Shown: piece after piece, positions 38,359-48,563 of the stretch
Layout of the letters: each line of letters begins with the position of its first letter
Position numbering within the stretch: position 1 is the first letter of the stretch
Origin: a virus
Virus record (IMG/VR): IMGVR_UViG_3300032770_000004
Location: 105,963 to 169,962 of that record
Strand: one strand, 5' to 3'
Length of the DNA: 64,000 nucleotides
Program-made: the position numbers and the translations under genes
The notes under the pieces: generated by a model
Databases searched by the model: none
What the model was told of the DNA's origin: nothing
Seen by the model: the letters and a program-made list of their open reading frames with translations, nothing else

Positions 38359-39854
38359 GCAATCTTATCCTGAAGGGCGCCGAATGGAACCTCTTTGTCC
38401 TTGAACTGTTCCAATAGTCCTTCAATTCTCTGCGGCATTGTATCAGACCCTCGATAGCATGTCGATAGCATGTCAGGAGCATGTGTTAGAGCATGACCGA
38501 AGTCGCTGCGGCATACAACAGCCCAGCCGATTTCGCTGGATCGCGACTTACATACGTAAAATGTGATGCGATTGGCTGCCATATCCTGGGGACTGCGGTT
38601 CACGGTGATAATGTTGGTTGCTGACATTGCGATAGCGAATGCTTCCGAAACGTACTCGAATGTCAACAGGCGAGAATCGCTTCCAGTCGAGCGATTAATC
38701 TTGCTGCCTTCACGGTTTGTCTGGGCGGCCAGCAAAGCGTGGAACTTCTCTTCCAGAGCTAGCTGTACGAATTGGCGATAGACATAGTCCTGAATCTGTC
38801 GGACTTCCAACATGCCAGAACGAGCCATTTCTGTGGTTAGAATCTGAGGATAGTCAACAACTAGCAGGTCGAATCCTTTCCCGGTCTGTGCTCGCTTACG
38901 CATCTGATGGGTACGAATGACACCGATGACCTCTTCTACAGTCAAAAGGGGTTTGTTCATACTGAGATACGTTAAATGCTTGCTCATTTTCGTTTGTGCT
39001 TTGTCAACATCAGGGTGATCGGCAAGAGTCATTTCACGGAAACGCGCCTTAGATACCCGTAAGTAGCTGCAATAGAACTTCTCCATGATGTCAAGCTGGC
39101 GTCCTTCTAGAGAGATAAATAACACATCCTTCTCGGCATCGAAATTATGACGCGCAATGGTAATCATGGTCGTAGTTTTGCCGATATTGACAGGCGCGAT
39201 TAATACTGTGGTGTCTCCAGGAAGCATACAGCCTTTAATAGGCTTAGTAGGATCACTCACAATTTTCGAGTCCAAAAGCGGACTACCAGTAGTGAGGGCG
39301 TTTTCTTGATCTTGCGTCTGAGCATCCACTAGGTCTTTAGCATTCGAAAAATCGGCGGGCGGCTGTCCATCAAAACGAGTAGTTTGAAAGTCCTTAACGG
39401 CTTTCTCTAGAACGACGACCGCTTTGTTGACTTGCTTCTGGTTGAAGAGCTTGGCAGACTCACTAACGCTATCGTGGTAAATACGGCAACGAAGCCAGTC
39501 GGTCAATTCCCTAGAAATTACGTCCTCACCGTACTTCAGGGCCTGCAAACAACAGAGATCGTACACCTTAAGGAATTTCATATGATCTGGGGCATTTCTA
39601 AACCTAAGCGAACTATGACCCAAAAGTTCTTCTTTGGTCGGCATCCTTCCGAATTCTCGATGGAATTCTATGTAAGCAGCGAAAAGGTCACGAACATAGG
39701 GTTCTTTTATCCATTGAGGCTGGATTCGGTCTTTCACTTGTTTGTAAAACCCTTCGTTCTTGATCACGTGGCCCATAAAGGCAGCTTGTCGATCTTCCTC
39801 AAAGGGCAAATAGGTTGCCCGTTCTGGATCTAGTTGTAGGTCATTTGATGGCAT
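38355..39854 (-). CDS. dnaB: replicative DnaB-like helicase
   Basis: APVNIGKT, FISLE, VVDY, AAQTNR and KSR motifs. Confidence 0.88.
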   Translation of the reverse strand: MPSNDLQLDPERATYLPFEEDRQAAFMGHVIKNEGFYKQVKDRIQPQWIKEPYVRDLFAAYIEFHREFGRMPTKEELLGHSSLRFRNAPDHMKFLKVYDLCCLQALKYGEDVISRELTDWLRCRIYHDSVSESAKLFNQKQVNKAVVVLEKAVKDFQTTRFDGQPPADFSNAKDLVDAQTQDQENALTTGSPLLDSKIVSDPTKPIKGCMLPGDTTVLIAPVNIGKTTTMITIARHNFDAEKDVLFISLEGRQLDIMEKFYCSYLRVSKARFREMTLADHPDVDKAQTKMSKHLTYLSMNKPLLTVEEVIGVIRTHQMRKRAQTGKGFDLLVVDYPQILTTEMARSGMLEVRQIQDYVYRQFVQLALEEKFHALLAAQTNREGSKINRSTGSDSRLLTFEYVSEAFAIAMSATNIITVNRSPQDMAANRITFYVCKSRSSEIGWAVVCRSDFGHALTHAPDMLSTCYRGSDTMPQRIEGLLEQFKDKEVPFGALQDKIA

Positions 39855-40854
39855 AGTGATCCTTCAAGTAAAGATATAGAAATCCCTTGGTAATCCTCGG
39901 CGCCGACAGATACAGTTGTCGGACCTGTTCGACAGACATGGCTCCAAGATCTCCAAACTGAGAAGGTGGGCGCATGTCGTAAATTTCAAAATCGTCACCC
40001 ATCAGATTGAGAATCTTGGTCGATTCAACAAAAGCATCCGGGTCTAGAGCTATGTACAGCTTGGTAATCCCGCTATTCCGAATGAGATTCAGTTGCTGTC
40101 GACTGACAGCCTTACCCATTGCAGCGACATTACCGCCACAGGCATGGGCCTTAATGGCATCAATCGGACCTTCACAGAGTATAACATGGTCTTCGGTGAT
40201 TCTATCTGCGAACATCAATACGTGGTCGCGCTTGAGACCAATGGACGTTATAGCTTTGGGAATCGTGACTTGAATCCGAAGCTCTTCATCGAAGTAACTC
40301 GTCTGCTCGATGTAGCGATCCTGCCATCCGAGAAGCTGACCGTGGCTCTTGACGGGGAAAACAACCCGCTTCTTTTTGGGCCAGTACATGATTCCGTATT
40401 CCAGAGCTAGAGACAATGGGATACCGCGAGATTCGAGATATGCGCGTCCATCTTTACCGGCTTCAGAATCGATAGCTCGAAAGTCAGGGTCCGGTTCGAT
40501 CACCGGTAACGGCTCAATGAACTCTGGAATCTCATCTTCTTCATCATCAAAAAAGTCGATGAGCTGAAGATCTAGATACAAGCCCTTGGTTTTTTGTGAT
40601 TCGTTTCCATAGAGCTGTTCTTTGACTTCTTTAACATTCTGTCCTAACAGCTCTGCAAGGACCCATTCTGGTGAACCTGTAAAGCCATCAGAATCGCGGC
40701 ATACCCAGCAGACAAAACGTCCATCATTCTTGCGAATGTATAGTTTCTCGCGTTTCTGACAACGAGGGCAGGTAAGGATAAAAGACTTGCTGTTCGTCTT
40801 GTAATCGATACCACCCTCGTCTAGAACTGATTTGATAGTCGCTTGAAGACTCAT
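39841..40854 (-). CDS. dnaG: DNA primase (Zn finger + TOPRIM)
   Basis: CPRC...CWVC, YLESRGI, ILCEGPIDA and IALDPD motifs. Confidence 0.9.
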   Translation of the reverse strand: MSLQATIKSVLDEGGIDYKTNSKSFILTCPRCQKREKLYIRKNDGRFVCWVCRDSDGFTGSPEWVLAELLGQNVKEVKEQLYGNESQKTKGLYLDLQLIDFFDDEEDEIPEFIEPLPVIEPDPDFRAIDSEAGKDGRAYLESRGIPLSLALEYGIMYWPKKKRVVFPVKSHGQLLGWQDRYIEQTSYFDEELRIQVTIPKAITSIGLKRDHVLMFADRITEDHVILCEGPIDAIKAHACGGNVAAMGKAVSRQQLNLIRNSGITKLYIALDPDAFVESTKILNLMGDDFEIYDMRPPSQFGDLGAMSVEQVRQLYLSAPRITKGFLYLYLKDHYAIK

Positions 40855-41972
40855 TCGTCAGAGCTTTCCTCGTCGTCACTTATGCCGCCACCTACCGTGA
40901 ACTTCCCTTCCAAATCCTTCTTACGTACATCCATAAGGATGGCTTCACAGAGATTAGGATCGTTCTTTAGGACTTCCAAAATGGCAGGCTTGCCACGATA
41001 GTCTTTGCCGCCGTACGAATAGGTCAGGTTATTGGGCTTACTGATGACATTCCAGCCCTTCCCCAGACGGAAGACTTCTTCGTGAGTGTTGATGATACCG
41101 CGATGGTAGTCAAGGGTGAATTCCCCGTTACGTTCCTTCGGGCCCATCGAGCTATCGACCATCTTGACCTTGATTTTGTGGGCAAGCTTTTCACCTTTGT
41201 CTGCTAGGTCTTTGACCTCTTCGCTGATGAATTTCTGTTTCAGCTCATCCACCTTACCTTCAGCGCTCCTATTGGGTTCGACCCACATGGCGTATTCAGC
41301 CACATGGAGAGATCCAAACGAAAGAGCGGGTCGGAATTTATTGCCGCGCATCTGCTCGGCAATGTCCATCTGGGCTCGGATGTGTGAAGTGAGAATGAGA
41401 GCGAAGCCCATCTTGCGTTGGATGGGGAGAATGCGCTTTAGACCTTCTTGAATAGTCAGAGCGTTGTCACCAATCTGTTGAGTCATGATGGTATCTGCGT
41501 TCATTCCACGACGTCCCTGAATTTGGGTAACCGAGTCGACGATGACTAGTTTAAGCTTCATACCCTCGTCTGCAAGAGCGGCGAACTCCTTTTCGATTCG
41601 ATCAAAGATTTGATCTGGACGATTAGTCTCGTAGGCAATATAGCGATCGGGATCGATACCCCACATATGCATCTGGTCATCCGAAAGCTGTCCTGTTTCG
41701 CGGAACTCAGTGTTAAATTTAACCACCCATGCGTCAGGATCATCTTTCATCAGCTGCCCGGCCATAGCGTTGCAGATAACGGACTTGCCACCCTTAGGCG
41801 GACCATAAAGGACCATGCTATAGCCACCGGGGAGGCCCCATCCGTTGCCAAATGTATGGTTCAATGAAGGGCTCGGACTACGTACAACATAGAGGTGTGG
41901 ATCCTTTCGTTCAGCGACAGCGCCATCAAGCGCCATCAGCTTTTCCATAATACGTTGATTCTTGGTAGCCAT
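40851..41972 (-). CDS. recA: RecA/UvsX-like recombinase
   Basis: SPSLN...G..GLPGG...LYGPPKGGKS, FNTE and IVDSV motifs. Confidence 0.88.
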   Translation of the reverse strand: MATKNQRIMEKLMALDGAVAERKDPHLYVVRSPSPSLNHTFGNGWGLPGGYSMVLYGPPKGGKSVICNAMAGQLMKDDPDAWVVKFNTEFRETGQLSDDQMHMWGIDPDRYIAYETNRPDQIFDRIEKEFAALADEGMKLKLVIVDSVTQIQGRRGMNADTIMTQQIGDNALTIQEGLKRILPIQRKMGFALILTSHIRAQMDIAEQMRGNKFRPALSFGSLHVAEYAMWVEPNRSAEGKVDELKQKFISEEVKDLADKGEKLAHKIKVKMVDSSMGPKERNGEFTLDYHRGIINTHEEVFRLGKGWNVISKPNNLTYSYGGKDYRGKPAILEVLKNDPNLCEAILMDVRKKDLEGKFTVGGGISDDEESSDE

Positions 41973-41981
41973 ATGTTCTCC

Positions 41982-42581
41982 TTAGTAAGTAGCCTTGCCA
42001 ACGCGATAGCCATTCTGAGATTGTCGAGCGTTGGATTCTCGACGTAGACGGTCACTCTCTTCCAGGGCTTCTTCCATACCGGAAGTGCTCAGGTTAGGGT
42101 TGGAACGGTATTGAATTGCGTTCATGATTTCAGCTGCTCGTTTGACAGCATTGAGAGCGCCTTCCATGTCTCGAAGTTTACGTTCCACGTAAATCAACGC
42201 TGCTTCCGTTTCTGCTTCTGCAACTGTTGCATCGCTATATTCAGGATCCAACGTCAGAAGTGCCTGGCGATTAGTTTCGTTCGAGCCGAGCTTCTTTTGT
42301 TCGAGTTGAGTAGGAATGACATCTACGATGAGAACCGCCTTGCGATCCTCTGTTCGCTTTTCTGCCATTCGATGTTGAAGGAATAGGTCTGCTGCGTATC
42401 GACCGAGAGTAAAACATGCTTGGCTGAACGTTGCCATTAACTCTGGAGCCTTAGCTGGGGTTACGATAGCGATTTCGTGGACACGAGATTCAGCCGTTGC
42501 GACATTGGACATGTCATACTTAATTGGTGTCCCAGTCTTTTTAGGATTGGGGACCGTGATTTCAAATGAGGTAATTTCCAT
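41982..42581 (-). CDS. putative UvsY-like recombination mediator
   Basis: All-helical protein (LTLDPEY...) between the SSB and RecA genes; mainly a synteny call. Confidence 0.45.
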   Translation of the reverse strand: MEITSFEITVPNPKKTGTPIKYDMSNVATAESRVHEIAIVTPAKAPELMATFSQACFTLGRYAADLFLQHRMAEKRTEDRKAVLIVDVIPTQLEQKKLGSNETNRQALLTLDPEYSDATVAEAETEAALIYVERKLRDMEGALNAVKRAAEIMNAIQYRSNPNLSTSGMEEALEESDRLRRESNARQSQNGYRVGKATY

Positions 42582-42586
42582 ACAAT

Positions 42587-42620
42587 AAACCCCTACCCAG
42601 CAGAAGCCGGGCAGGGGTCT
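42587..42620 (-). terminator. 15-bp hairpin (terminator/attenuator) after the ssb-like gene
   Basis: AGACCCCTGCCCGGC-TTCT-GCTGGGTAGGGGTTT; the G-U pairs work only on the - strand transcript. Confidence 0.7.
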
Positions 42621-42632
42621 CCAAGTGATGTT

Positions 42633-43649
42633 TTACTTCTGGAAGGTCTTCAAAAAGTCTTCCATGCCGCCAGCAGTATTAGATTGCTTACGGGCTTCTT
42701 CGAGCAAACGCTGCATTTCGCTGCGTAGCTGATCAGGAACTTCCGGCTTGCGGACATGCTCAGGAACTTCGGGCTTAGTCTCGTGCTTCTCTTCCGGTAC
42801 TTCAGTTTGCGTTGCTGAAGCGGCGGGTAGATTCATGACGGCACGAACGGTCTTCTCGTCGCCTCCGGACCTTACTAGGGCTTCGATACTCTCGTAAGAG
42901 AGTTTACGACCGAAGTCAGGAAGGTCAGGAAGGTTTTCTAGTTGGGCTAGATCGCTGTCAGTGAGAGTGTCGTACTTCTTGCGGAAGTCGCCATTCTCCT
43001 GTTCTTCCATGTAAACCTCTACAGTGTCAACGATGTCGTTGAACTTGCTACCACTGCGAGTAAACTTGAACCACAGACCCTTTTCTGCGCCCAACGGGTC
43101 CTCGTTCTTGTCAGCAAGCTTCTTGAGGAGTTCATAGAACAGCTTGCCGCAAGAATAGCTGATCATCAGAACGCCCCATGTACCGGTCTGGTCCTTTGCC
43201 AGCATCCACCACTTCTTGTCGAGATTGTGGTCTCGAAGCCAGAGGGCGAGATGCTTAGTAGCAACGGTGATTTCTTCGTCGGTCTTTCCGGCTGCTTTCA
43301 GCTGGGCCTTCTTCGATTCCAACTGCTCAACGCGAGTCTTACGTTCGACACATTCAGGACAGTCTACCTTGATTGTGCCATCGCGCTCCGTCTCTTCGAT
43401 GCAGTCGAAGGTCTGTGGAATGGTGTACTTCTTACCGTTGTTAGCGGTGACTTCGAGTCCGTATCCAAAGTGAACCTTGCGGAACAATCTGAATCCAGTA
43501 CCAAAGTTAACCATCTTCCCCTTTGGAGGCGCAACTCGAACGACGATGGTACGGTCCTTTTCTTCCTTGTGTCCTAGCTTATAGAACTTCAACTTGTCTT
43601 GATTACTGCCACTACCAGTGTAATTTGCTTTTCCTAATTGTACAGTCAT
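42633..43649 (-). CDS. gp32-like single-stranded DNA-binding protein
   Basis: VRVAPP, HFGY, C.E......DCPEC, DPL.AEKG..FKFTRSG motifs; acidic/aromatic C-terminus. Confidence 0.7.
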   Translation of the reverse strand: MTVQLGKANYTGSGSNQDKLKFYKLGHKEEKDRTIVVRVAPPKGKMVNFGTGFRLFRKVHFGYGLEVTANNGKKYTIPQTFDCIEETERDGTIKVDCPECVERKTRVEQLESKKAQLKAAGKTDEEITVATKHLALWLRDHNLDKKWWMLAKDQTGTWGVLMISYSCGKLFYELLKKLADKNEDPLGAEKGLWFKFTRSGSKFNDIVDTVEVYMEEQENGDFRKKYDTLTDSDLAQLENLPDLPDFGRKLSYESIEALVRSGGDEKTVRAVMNLPAASATQTEVPEEKHETKPEVPEHVRKPEVPDQLRSEMQRLLEEARKQSNTAGGMEDFLKTFQK

Positions 43650-43655
43650 TGTTAC

Positions 43656-44390
43656 TTACCTTTGTTTGTTGATTGATTGATCCTTCAGGAGATGCTTAAT
43701 CTCTTTGAAGGCTTTGAGAACGGTATTGGTATCGGTTGTTTTCGGTGCCTCTACCGTTACATGTTTGCCACCGAAAATCCGAGAAGCGAGAGGTTCGATC
43801 ATGTCTTCCGGAACACCAGTAATTATAACTGGGATGGCCTTGGCGTTGTCGCCAGTAAGTGTTTCAGCACTTCGTACGGCTGCACGCTCCAAGAGCGGGC
43901 CGAGAACCTCATTCAAGAAGTACTTGTTGAGATAGGAGTCTACTACAGTATCTACATCAGATGCCGCAGGTACTACCTTCACTCCGTCAAACTCAGGAAC
44001 AGGAATGCTTGTCATGCCCAGGTCGGCTGCTGTATGGCGCACTTCACGGAGAAGTACTCCTAGGGAGTGAGGGCCAAATTCACGGTTGTTGCCAATGCTT
44101 AGCTTGGTAGCTTCGCGAATGGAACCTGTCGCCTGTCGGTAATCTACCGTAGCTATTTCTGCCTGTTCCTTAGCTAGCTTGATGAATTCATCGGTACCGG
44201 GTCCTGTTACGAATACCGGGAATCCAATCTGCTTGAAAAGGCGGCTAAACTCGCGCACCAAATTGGGGATCGCAAAAGCAGCGGCCTTACGGGCAGCCTC
44301 ACGACCAGGACGCGTACGAAAGTCGCCAGATACTGGCGTTTCCGCGAGGGTACGCGCATCACGGAGTTTGGTTAGGGCTTCTTTAAACAT
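43656..44390 (-). CDS. hypothetical protein, possibly a degenerate P-loop fold
   Basis: Start moved to MFKEAL. PVFVTGPGT and PVIITG strands, but no GKT/S. Confidence 0.6.
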   Translation of the reverse strand: MFKEALTKLRDARTLAETPVSGDFRTRPGREAARKAAAFAIPNLVREFSRLFKQIGFPVFVTGPGTDEFIKLAKEQAEIATVDYRQATGSIREATKLSIGNNREFGPHSLGVLLREVRHTAADLGMTSIPVPEFDGVKVVPAASDVDTVVDSYLNKYFLNEVLGPLLERAAVRSAETLTGDNAKAIPVIITGVPEDMIEPLASRIFGGKHVTVEAPKTTDTNTVLKAFKEIKHLLKDQSINKQR

Positions 44391-47300
44391 CACTGCTTTC
44401 CTCTTTCTCGCTATTGTTTTTAAGTGGTGGGGCCAATACGGCAACGTCAGCGAGGAAGAAGTTGTCGCTATTATTGCCCCGGATGAATCTGCATGCTACC
44501 ACACTTCCCTTTAGATTCTCATTGAACGCCTCGGGAAGACCTTCTTGGCCGGGCCAGCGCACTATGTTAAGTCTGATTCCGTCAACGTCAAGTGCTAGTT
44601 CAGAAGCAACTTTCTGATCTCCGGTCGTCTTCTGGACATAATCGAAGCGTCGATCTTCAACGACGTATGCAAGGACCGCGACTTCCATAGTATTCATAGG
44701 CAAGAGGTCGATACTCTCTAGAGTCTCGAATTCACGTGCGTCTACTACCTTCACTTCCTCGTTCACCCATGTCCACATGCCATCAAGTAGTACTTTCTTA
44801 TGGTACACATAGTACACATGATCGCCATCAATCTTGATTCTGTCTGGAGCGGCTTCCATTGCAAGAGGGGCGATAGGCTCAGAATAGGCTGGAAGCACAT
44901 TCTTTCGAAGTTGGTAACGAATCAAAGGAGACTGAGAGAAGAACTTCGCAGCAGTACCAGCAGCTGTTTTCTTGCGACCCAACTTTGTTGAAATATTTTC
45001 ATACATATACAGACGATCAGTCACGCTCATGGGAAGTCCGAACTTATCTTTCTCGGGAAACAGGCTATCAAGAGCACCACTAACAATCAGGTTCCTTATC
45101 ACAGAGCTGTTCAAGGCTGTAGTAGCGGGTTTGGGTCGCATTTCTTCCATACCGGTTTTCTTGTTCTTGTATGGGGCCAATTTGGCATTAGCGATCTGCC
45201 AGTTCTTGATACGAGTCAGAAAATCGGTAATGTCTGTAACACCTACCATCAATTCTAGTTGTTCCTTAGCCTTTTCCCCAAGACCTCGAAGAAGACTGAG
45301 AGGGGCGCGAATTTTGCCACCCTGGATTTCCCAGGTAGGTCCACTGAGGCGGATATCGGGGAGCGCCACGTATTGACCACAATAGCGCCAGAAACGACTA
45401 TCGATTTCGTTACGATCTGCGTTTTGGAGCACAGCCGTCCACCACTCAAGGGGATAGTAGTGCTTCAACCATGCACATGCGTAGGCCGTAATGACGTAAC
45501 AAACAGCGTGCGACTTGTTGAATCCATACTGGCCGAATGTTTCCATTTGGCCCCACAAAACATCAGCCACTTTACCTAGCCTCTTGACTGCATTCTTCAT
45601 GAAGAGCGGCCTATCAATGGAATTGACGTCGACCAATTTCTTCTTAGAGATACGTTGGCGAAAGTTATTGGCTTCGATAGCAGTGGTTTCTCCGACGTCT
45701 TGGAATACGGCCTGAAGTTGTTCTTGATAGACGATGATGCCAAAGCTCTCCTTAAGCTTCTTGTTTAGGACTTCAAGGTCTCCAACAGGCTTCATACCCT
45801 TAGCACGATTGGCGTACTCTACGAGCATGTTGTGCTGAGATTCGCCTTCGCCCACCATGGCGTCCAAGGGACCTGGGCGGTCCAGGGCGGTGAAGGCAGC
45901 TAGATTCTCGATGTTCTTTAGGGGGAGCTTCCCCTCATGGGCACGAAAGTGCGAAAGACCTTGCTTGGCTGCTGGGGCATCAAGCTGGAAGACTGTCTCG
46001 ACTCGACCTTCAGCGATGTCCTTATAGACTTCTAGGTCGTCCGGTAGGTCATAGATATCGAACATCTCGCCCTTCAAAGGGACAATTCGGATCGATGGAA
46101 CTTTCTTGCCGTTGATGATCTGGTATCCACCATTTTCATCTGGAATCAGTTCGATTGGATTCCTTTTTTGAATGAGCTTGATGGCTGTGCCTACATCCTT
46201 GAGACTATTCACCACAAGAAAGTCCATCTTGAGGCCGCCCGAAGCTTCTACGGTAGGTGCAGTAAATTGAGTAACACGCACATTGCCGACCGTGGTCAGT
46301 GGGATGAAGTTCTTGATGGGTTCATCGCTGATTACATACGCACAGGCATGGCGTGATTTTTGACGCGGGAGACCAAGTAGCTTGATGACAATTTCCCATT
46401 GCTTGGGATACTTTGCCATGAAGTCCTTAAGGGTAGCGTTAGTGTTCACGAGACCTTCAATCCAGTGCCCGTCGTTATCCTTGTACCCGAATACGTAATC
46501 GCGATCTGTGATGCCCTGAGGAGGTGCAGGAAGCTTTTTGCAAATCTCTTCGATAGCAGGAGGTACCAATCCAAGTTGTGCTCGAAACACGTCCTTGATG
46601 GAACTCTTAAGCTTCATGGTGGTATCTGTCGAAATCTGTGCAACGCATTCACCAAAGCGTTCCTTTAGCCAACCCTTATTGTCGTCGTCTGGGTCAACCA
46701 GAAGGTCGCGGTTAGGAAGGTCTTGGTCGATATCGGGCAATTTGCCGGTCTGGATTCTATCCAGGGTCATAAAGCGATCCATTGAGAGTCCGTACTTTAG
46801 AGGATCCGCATGCGTGATGCCCAAATAGTATGCCAACGAGAGACCGGCTGCACTTCCTCGACCGGGTCCAGTAAGCTGACCGTTCTTCAAATACAGAGAA
46901 CAGACTTCCTCGTCAATCATGAAGTACGGCAGAAGGTCGACCGTGCCATTATTGTGAAGTAGCTCGATTTCTTTGCGGAGGCGCTCGACGCGTTCCTTGT
47001 CGTTCCAATCCATGCGACCGTGTTTTTCAATCAGCTTCATAGTATGGCGAAGCGTGTCGGTCGGATAGAACTTGGTAGGTAGAGTCTTCCTGTTGGTGAA
47101 CTTGAATCCCTTGAACTTTTCGGCCCAGGCGTAAGTATTCTCGACATAGCCTTCATATTCAGCCTCGCTCATGTTGAACTGGATTTTGAAGTAGCTGAAA
47201 GCCTCATCACTACTGAAACGGTGATGGCTGTTAGCGAATCTCCAATTACCCATCTGAGCTAGACGAATGTCTTGTACGATCCGTTCGTCGGGAAAAGCAA

Positions 47301-48267
47301 AGTGACTATCATCACTAATAAGGATTGGATCCTTGTAGTGCTTAGCCATCGCAATCATGAAGCGATTGGTTCCTAGCTGTACATCGCCATTCGGACACCA
47401 GCCGCGACATTCATTCATCAAGAACCCTTCCCTCTTTTCTACGTCTGCAAGGACAATAGGGGTCTCCAGAACTTTCCACTGGCGATTCTCCATGACTTCT
47501 AGAATGGAACCATGCTCTTTAGTGGCCTTCTCTTTGTTTCTCTTGAAGGCATCAGCAACCTGTTCGAGCTTCACCTCGCCCTTATTTGTCTTCACCTTAC
47601 GCCATGTGGGGAACTTAGTTTTCATTCCACCGATATCGGTGACGAAGATGGCTGCTTCCCAATTGCGATCACACACATGCGGGAAAATCTCGACATAGAA
47701 GTTCCCCGGCTTGAACACACTACGGAGCTTCTCGTAATACTTCTTGGCTGTATAGGGGTCGTTATTGGCCAGAATGTGGCGTGACACCATGCCAATCAAA
47801 CAACCACTGGTACCGGTGATATTGTAGGAGCCAAGCTCTTCGAGGTTCTTCCAGGTGAAGAGCGGCTTCCTTTCGGATCCGTGCTTCTCTGCTCGAAGGT
47901 CGGCATCACTTAGGACCCTACACAGAGCACTAAATGCGGTCTCATCTTGTGCATGGAGTGTCAGGTGCATGTACTTCAGATGTTCACGGTATGTTCCGTC
48001 CTTATCCTTGGCAATGCCCTGCGCTGCGTATATTGGGCAGTTATCATCGCGGAAGTAGCCTTCGAGGCCAAGAATAGGCGTAAGACCTTTATAGGCCTTC
48101 TTTTCCTTGGTCAGGTCGTAAACCTGTCTGGTTGCTTCTAGGGTGCCGTGGTCTGTTACAGTGACATACCCAGTTCCAAGCTCAAGCTCTCGTTTGGCGA
48201 ACTGTTCTGGGGTACTTGCTGAATCTAGACTCTTAACGTGACAATGCGGCGTAACAAAATTCTTCAT
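44383..48267 (-). CDS. dnaE: DNA polymerase III alpha subunit (family C)
   Basis: PHP motifs PHCH..SLD and TDHG; GPGRGSAAG, PDIDQD, KMDFL and YGFNKSHA. Confidence 0.95.
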   Translation of the reverse strand: MKNFVTPHCHVKSLDSASTPEQFAKRELELGTGYVTVTDHGTLEATRQVYDLTKEKKAYKGLTPILGLEGYFRDDNCPIYAAQGIAKDKDGTYREHLKYMHLTLHAQDETAFSALCRVLSDADLRAEKHGSERKPLFTWKNLEELGSYNITGTSGCLIGMVSRHILANNDPYTAKKYYEKLRSVFKPGNFYVEIFPHVCDRNWEAAIFVTDIGGMKTKFPTWRKVKTNKGEVKLEQVADAFKRNKEKATKEHGSILEVMENRQWKVLETPIVLADVEKREGFLMNECRGWCPNGDVQLGTNRFMIAMAKHYKDPILISDDSHFAFPDERIVQDIRLAQMGNWRFANSHHRFSSDEAFSYFKIQFNMSEAEYEGYVENTYAWAEKFKGFKFTNRKTLPTKFYPTDTLRHTMKLIEKHGRMDWNDKERVERLRKEIELLHNNGTVDLLPYFMIDEEVCSLYLKNGQLTGPGRGSAAGLSLAYYLGITHADPLKYGLSMDRFMTLDRIQTGKLPDIDQDLPNRDLLVDPDDDNKGWLKERFGECVAQISTDTTMKLKSSIKDVFRAQLGLVPPAIEEICKKLPAPPQGITDRDYVFGYKDNDGHWIEGLVNTNATLKDFMAKYPKQWEIVIKLLGLPRQKSRHACAYVISDEPIKNFIPLTTVGNVRVTQFTAPTVEASGGLKMDFLVVNSLKDVGTAIKLIQKRNPIELIPDENGGYQIINGKKVPSIRIVPLKGEMFDIYDLPDDLEVYKDIAEGRVETVFQLDAPAAKQGLSHFRAHEGKLPLKNIENLAAFTALDRPGPLDAMVGEGESQHNMLVEYANRAKGMKPVGDLEVLNKKLKESFGIIVYQEQLQAVFQDVGETTAIEANNFRQRISKKKLVDVNSIDRPLFMKNAVKRLGKVADVLWGQMETFGQYGFNKSHAVCYVITAYACAWLKHYYPLEWWTAVLQNADRNEIDSRFWRYCGQYVALPDIRLSGPTWEIQGGKIRAPLSLLRGLGEKAKEQLELMVGVTDITDFLTRIKNWQIANAKLAPYKNKKTGMEEMRPKPATTALNSSVIRNLIVSGALDSLFPEKDKFGLPMSVTDRLYMYENISTKLGRKKTAAGTAAKFFSQSPLIRYQLRKNVLPAYSEPIAPLAMEAAPDRIKIDGDHVYYVYHKKVLLDGMWTWVNEEVKVVDAREFETLESIDLLPMNTMEVAVLAYVVEDRRFDYVQKTTGDQKVASELALDVDGIRLNIVRWPGQEGLPEAFNENLKGSVVACRFIRGNNSDNFFLADVAVLAPPLKNNSEKEESSDV

Positions 48268-48563
48268 TCCTTTCGACCATTTCCTCGCTTCTCTTTTGCA
48301 AGGATCTTAACGTTGAAATACGGTTGATGCTGAATCGATACAACATAACGCAGATTACACTTGACACAAGTCAATGAAGATCCGCCATTGTCGAATTCAA
48401 GCTCGTTGTGGGGACATTTCTTTGGATCTACAGATTCCTCTTTCTTCTTTTCCTTCTCCGTATCTTTGAGGCTCTGTTTGATCATTTTGACATACTTAGG
48501 ACCAAACCCTTTCTCGACACGCTTCAGGAATTCCTTCAGCCAATCTTCATTGTTCTTAGCCAT
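48264..48563 (-). CDS. zinc-ribbon hypothetical protein
   Basis: CPH...CVKC motifs. Confidence 0.65.
   Translation of the reverse strand: MAKNNEDWLKEFLKRVEKGFGPKYVKMIKQSLKDTEKEKKKEESVDPKKCPHNELEFDNGGSSLTCVKCNLRYVVSIQHQPYFNVKILAKEKRGNGRKE

Noticed and set aside
43656-44390. Nucleotide kinase call
   Set aside because: VFVTGPGT lacks the GK(T/S) of a Walker A motif, so it is left as hypothetical.
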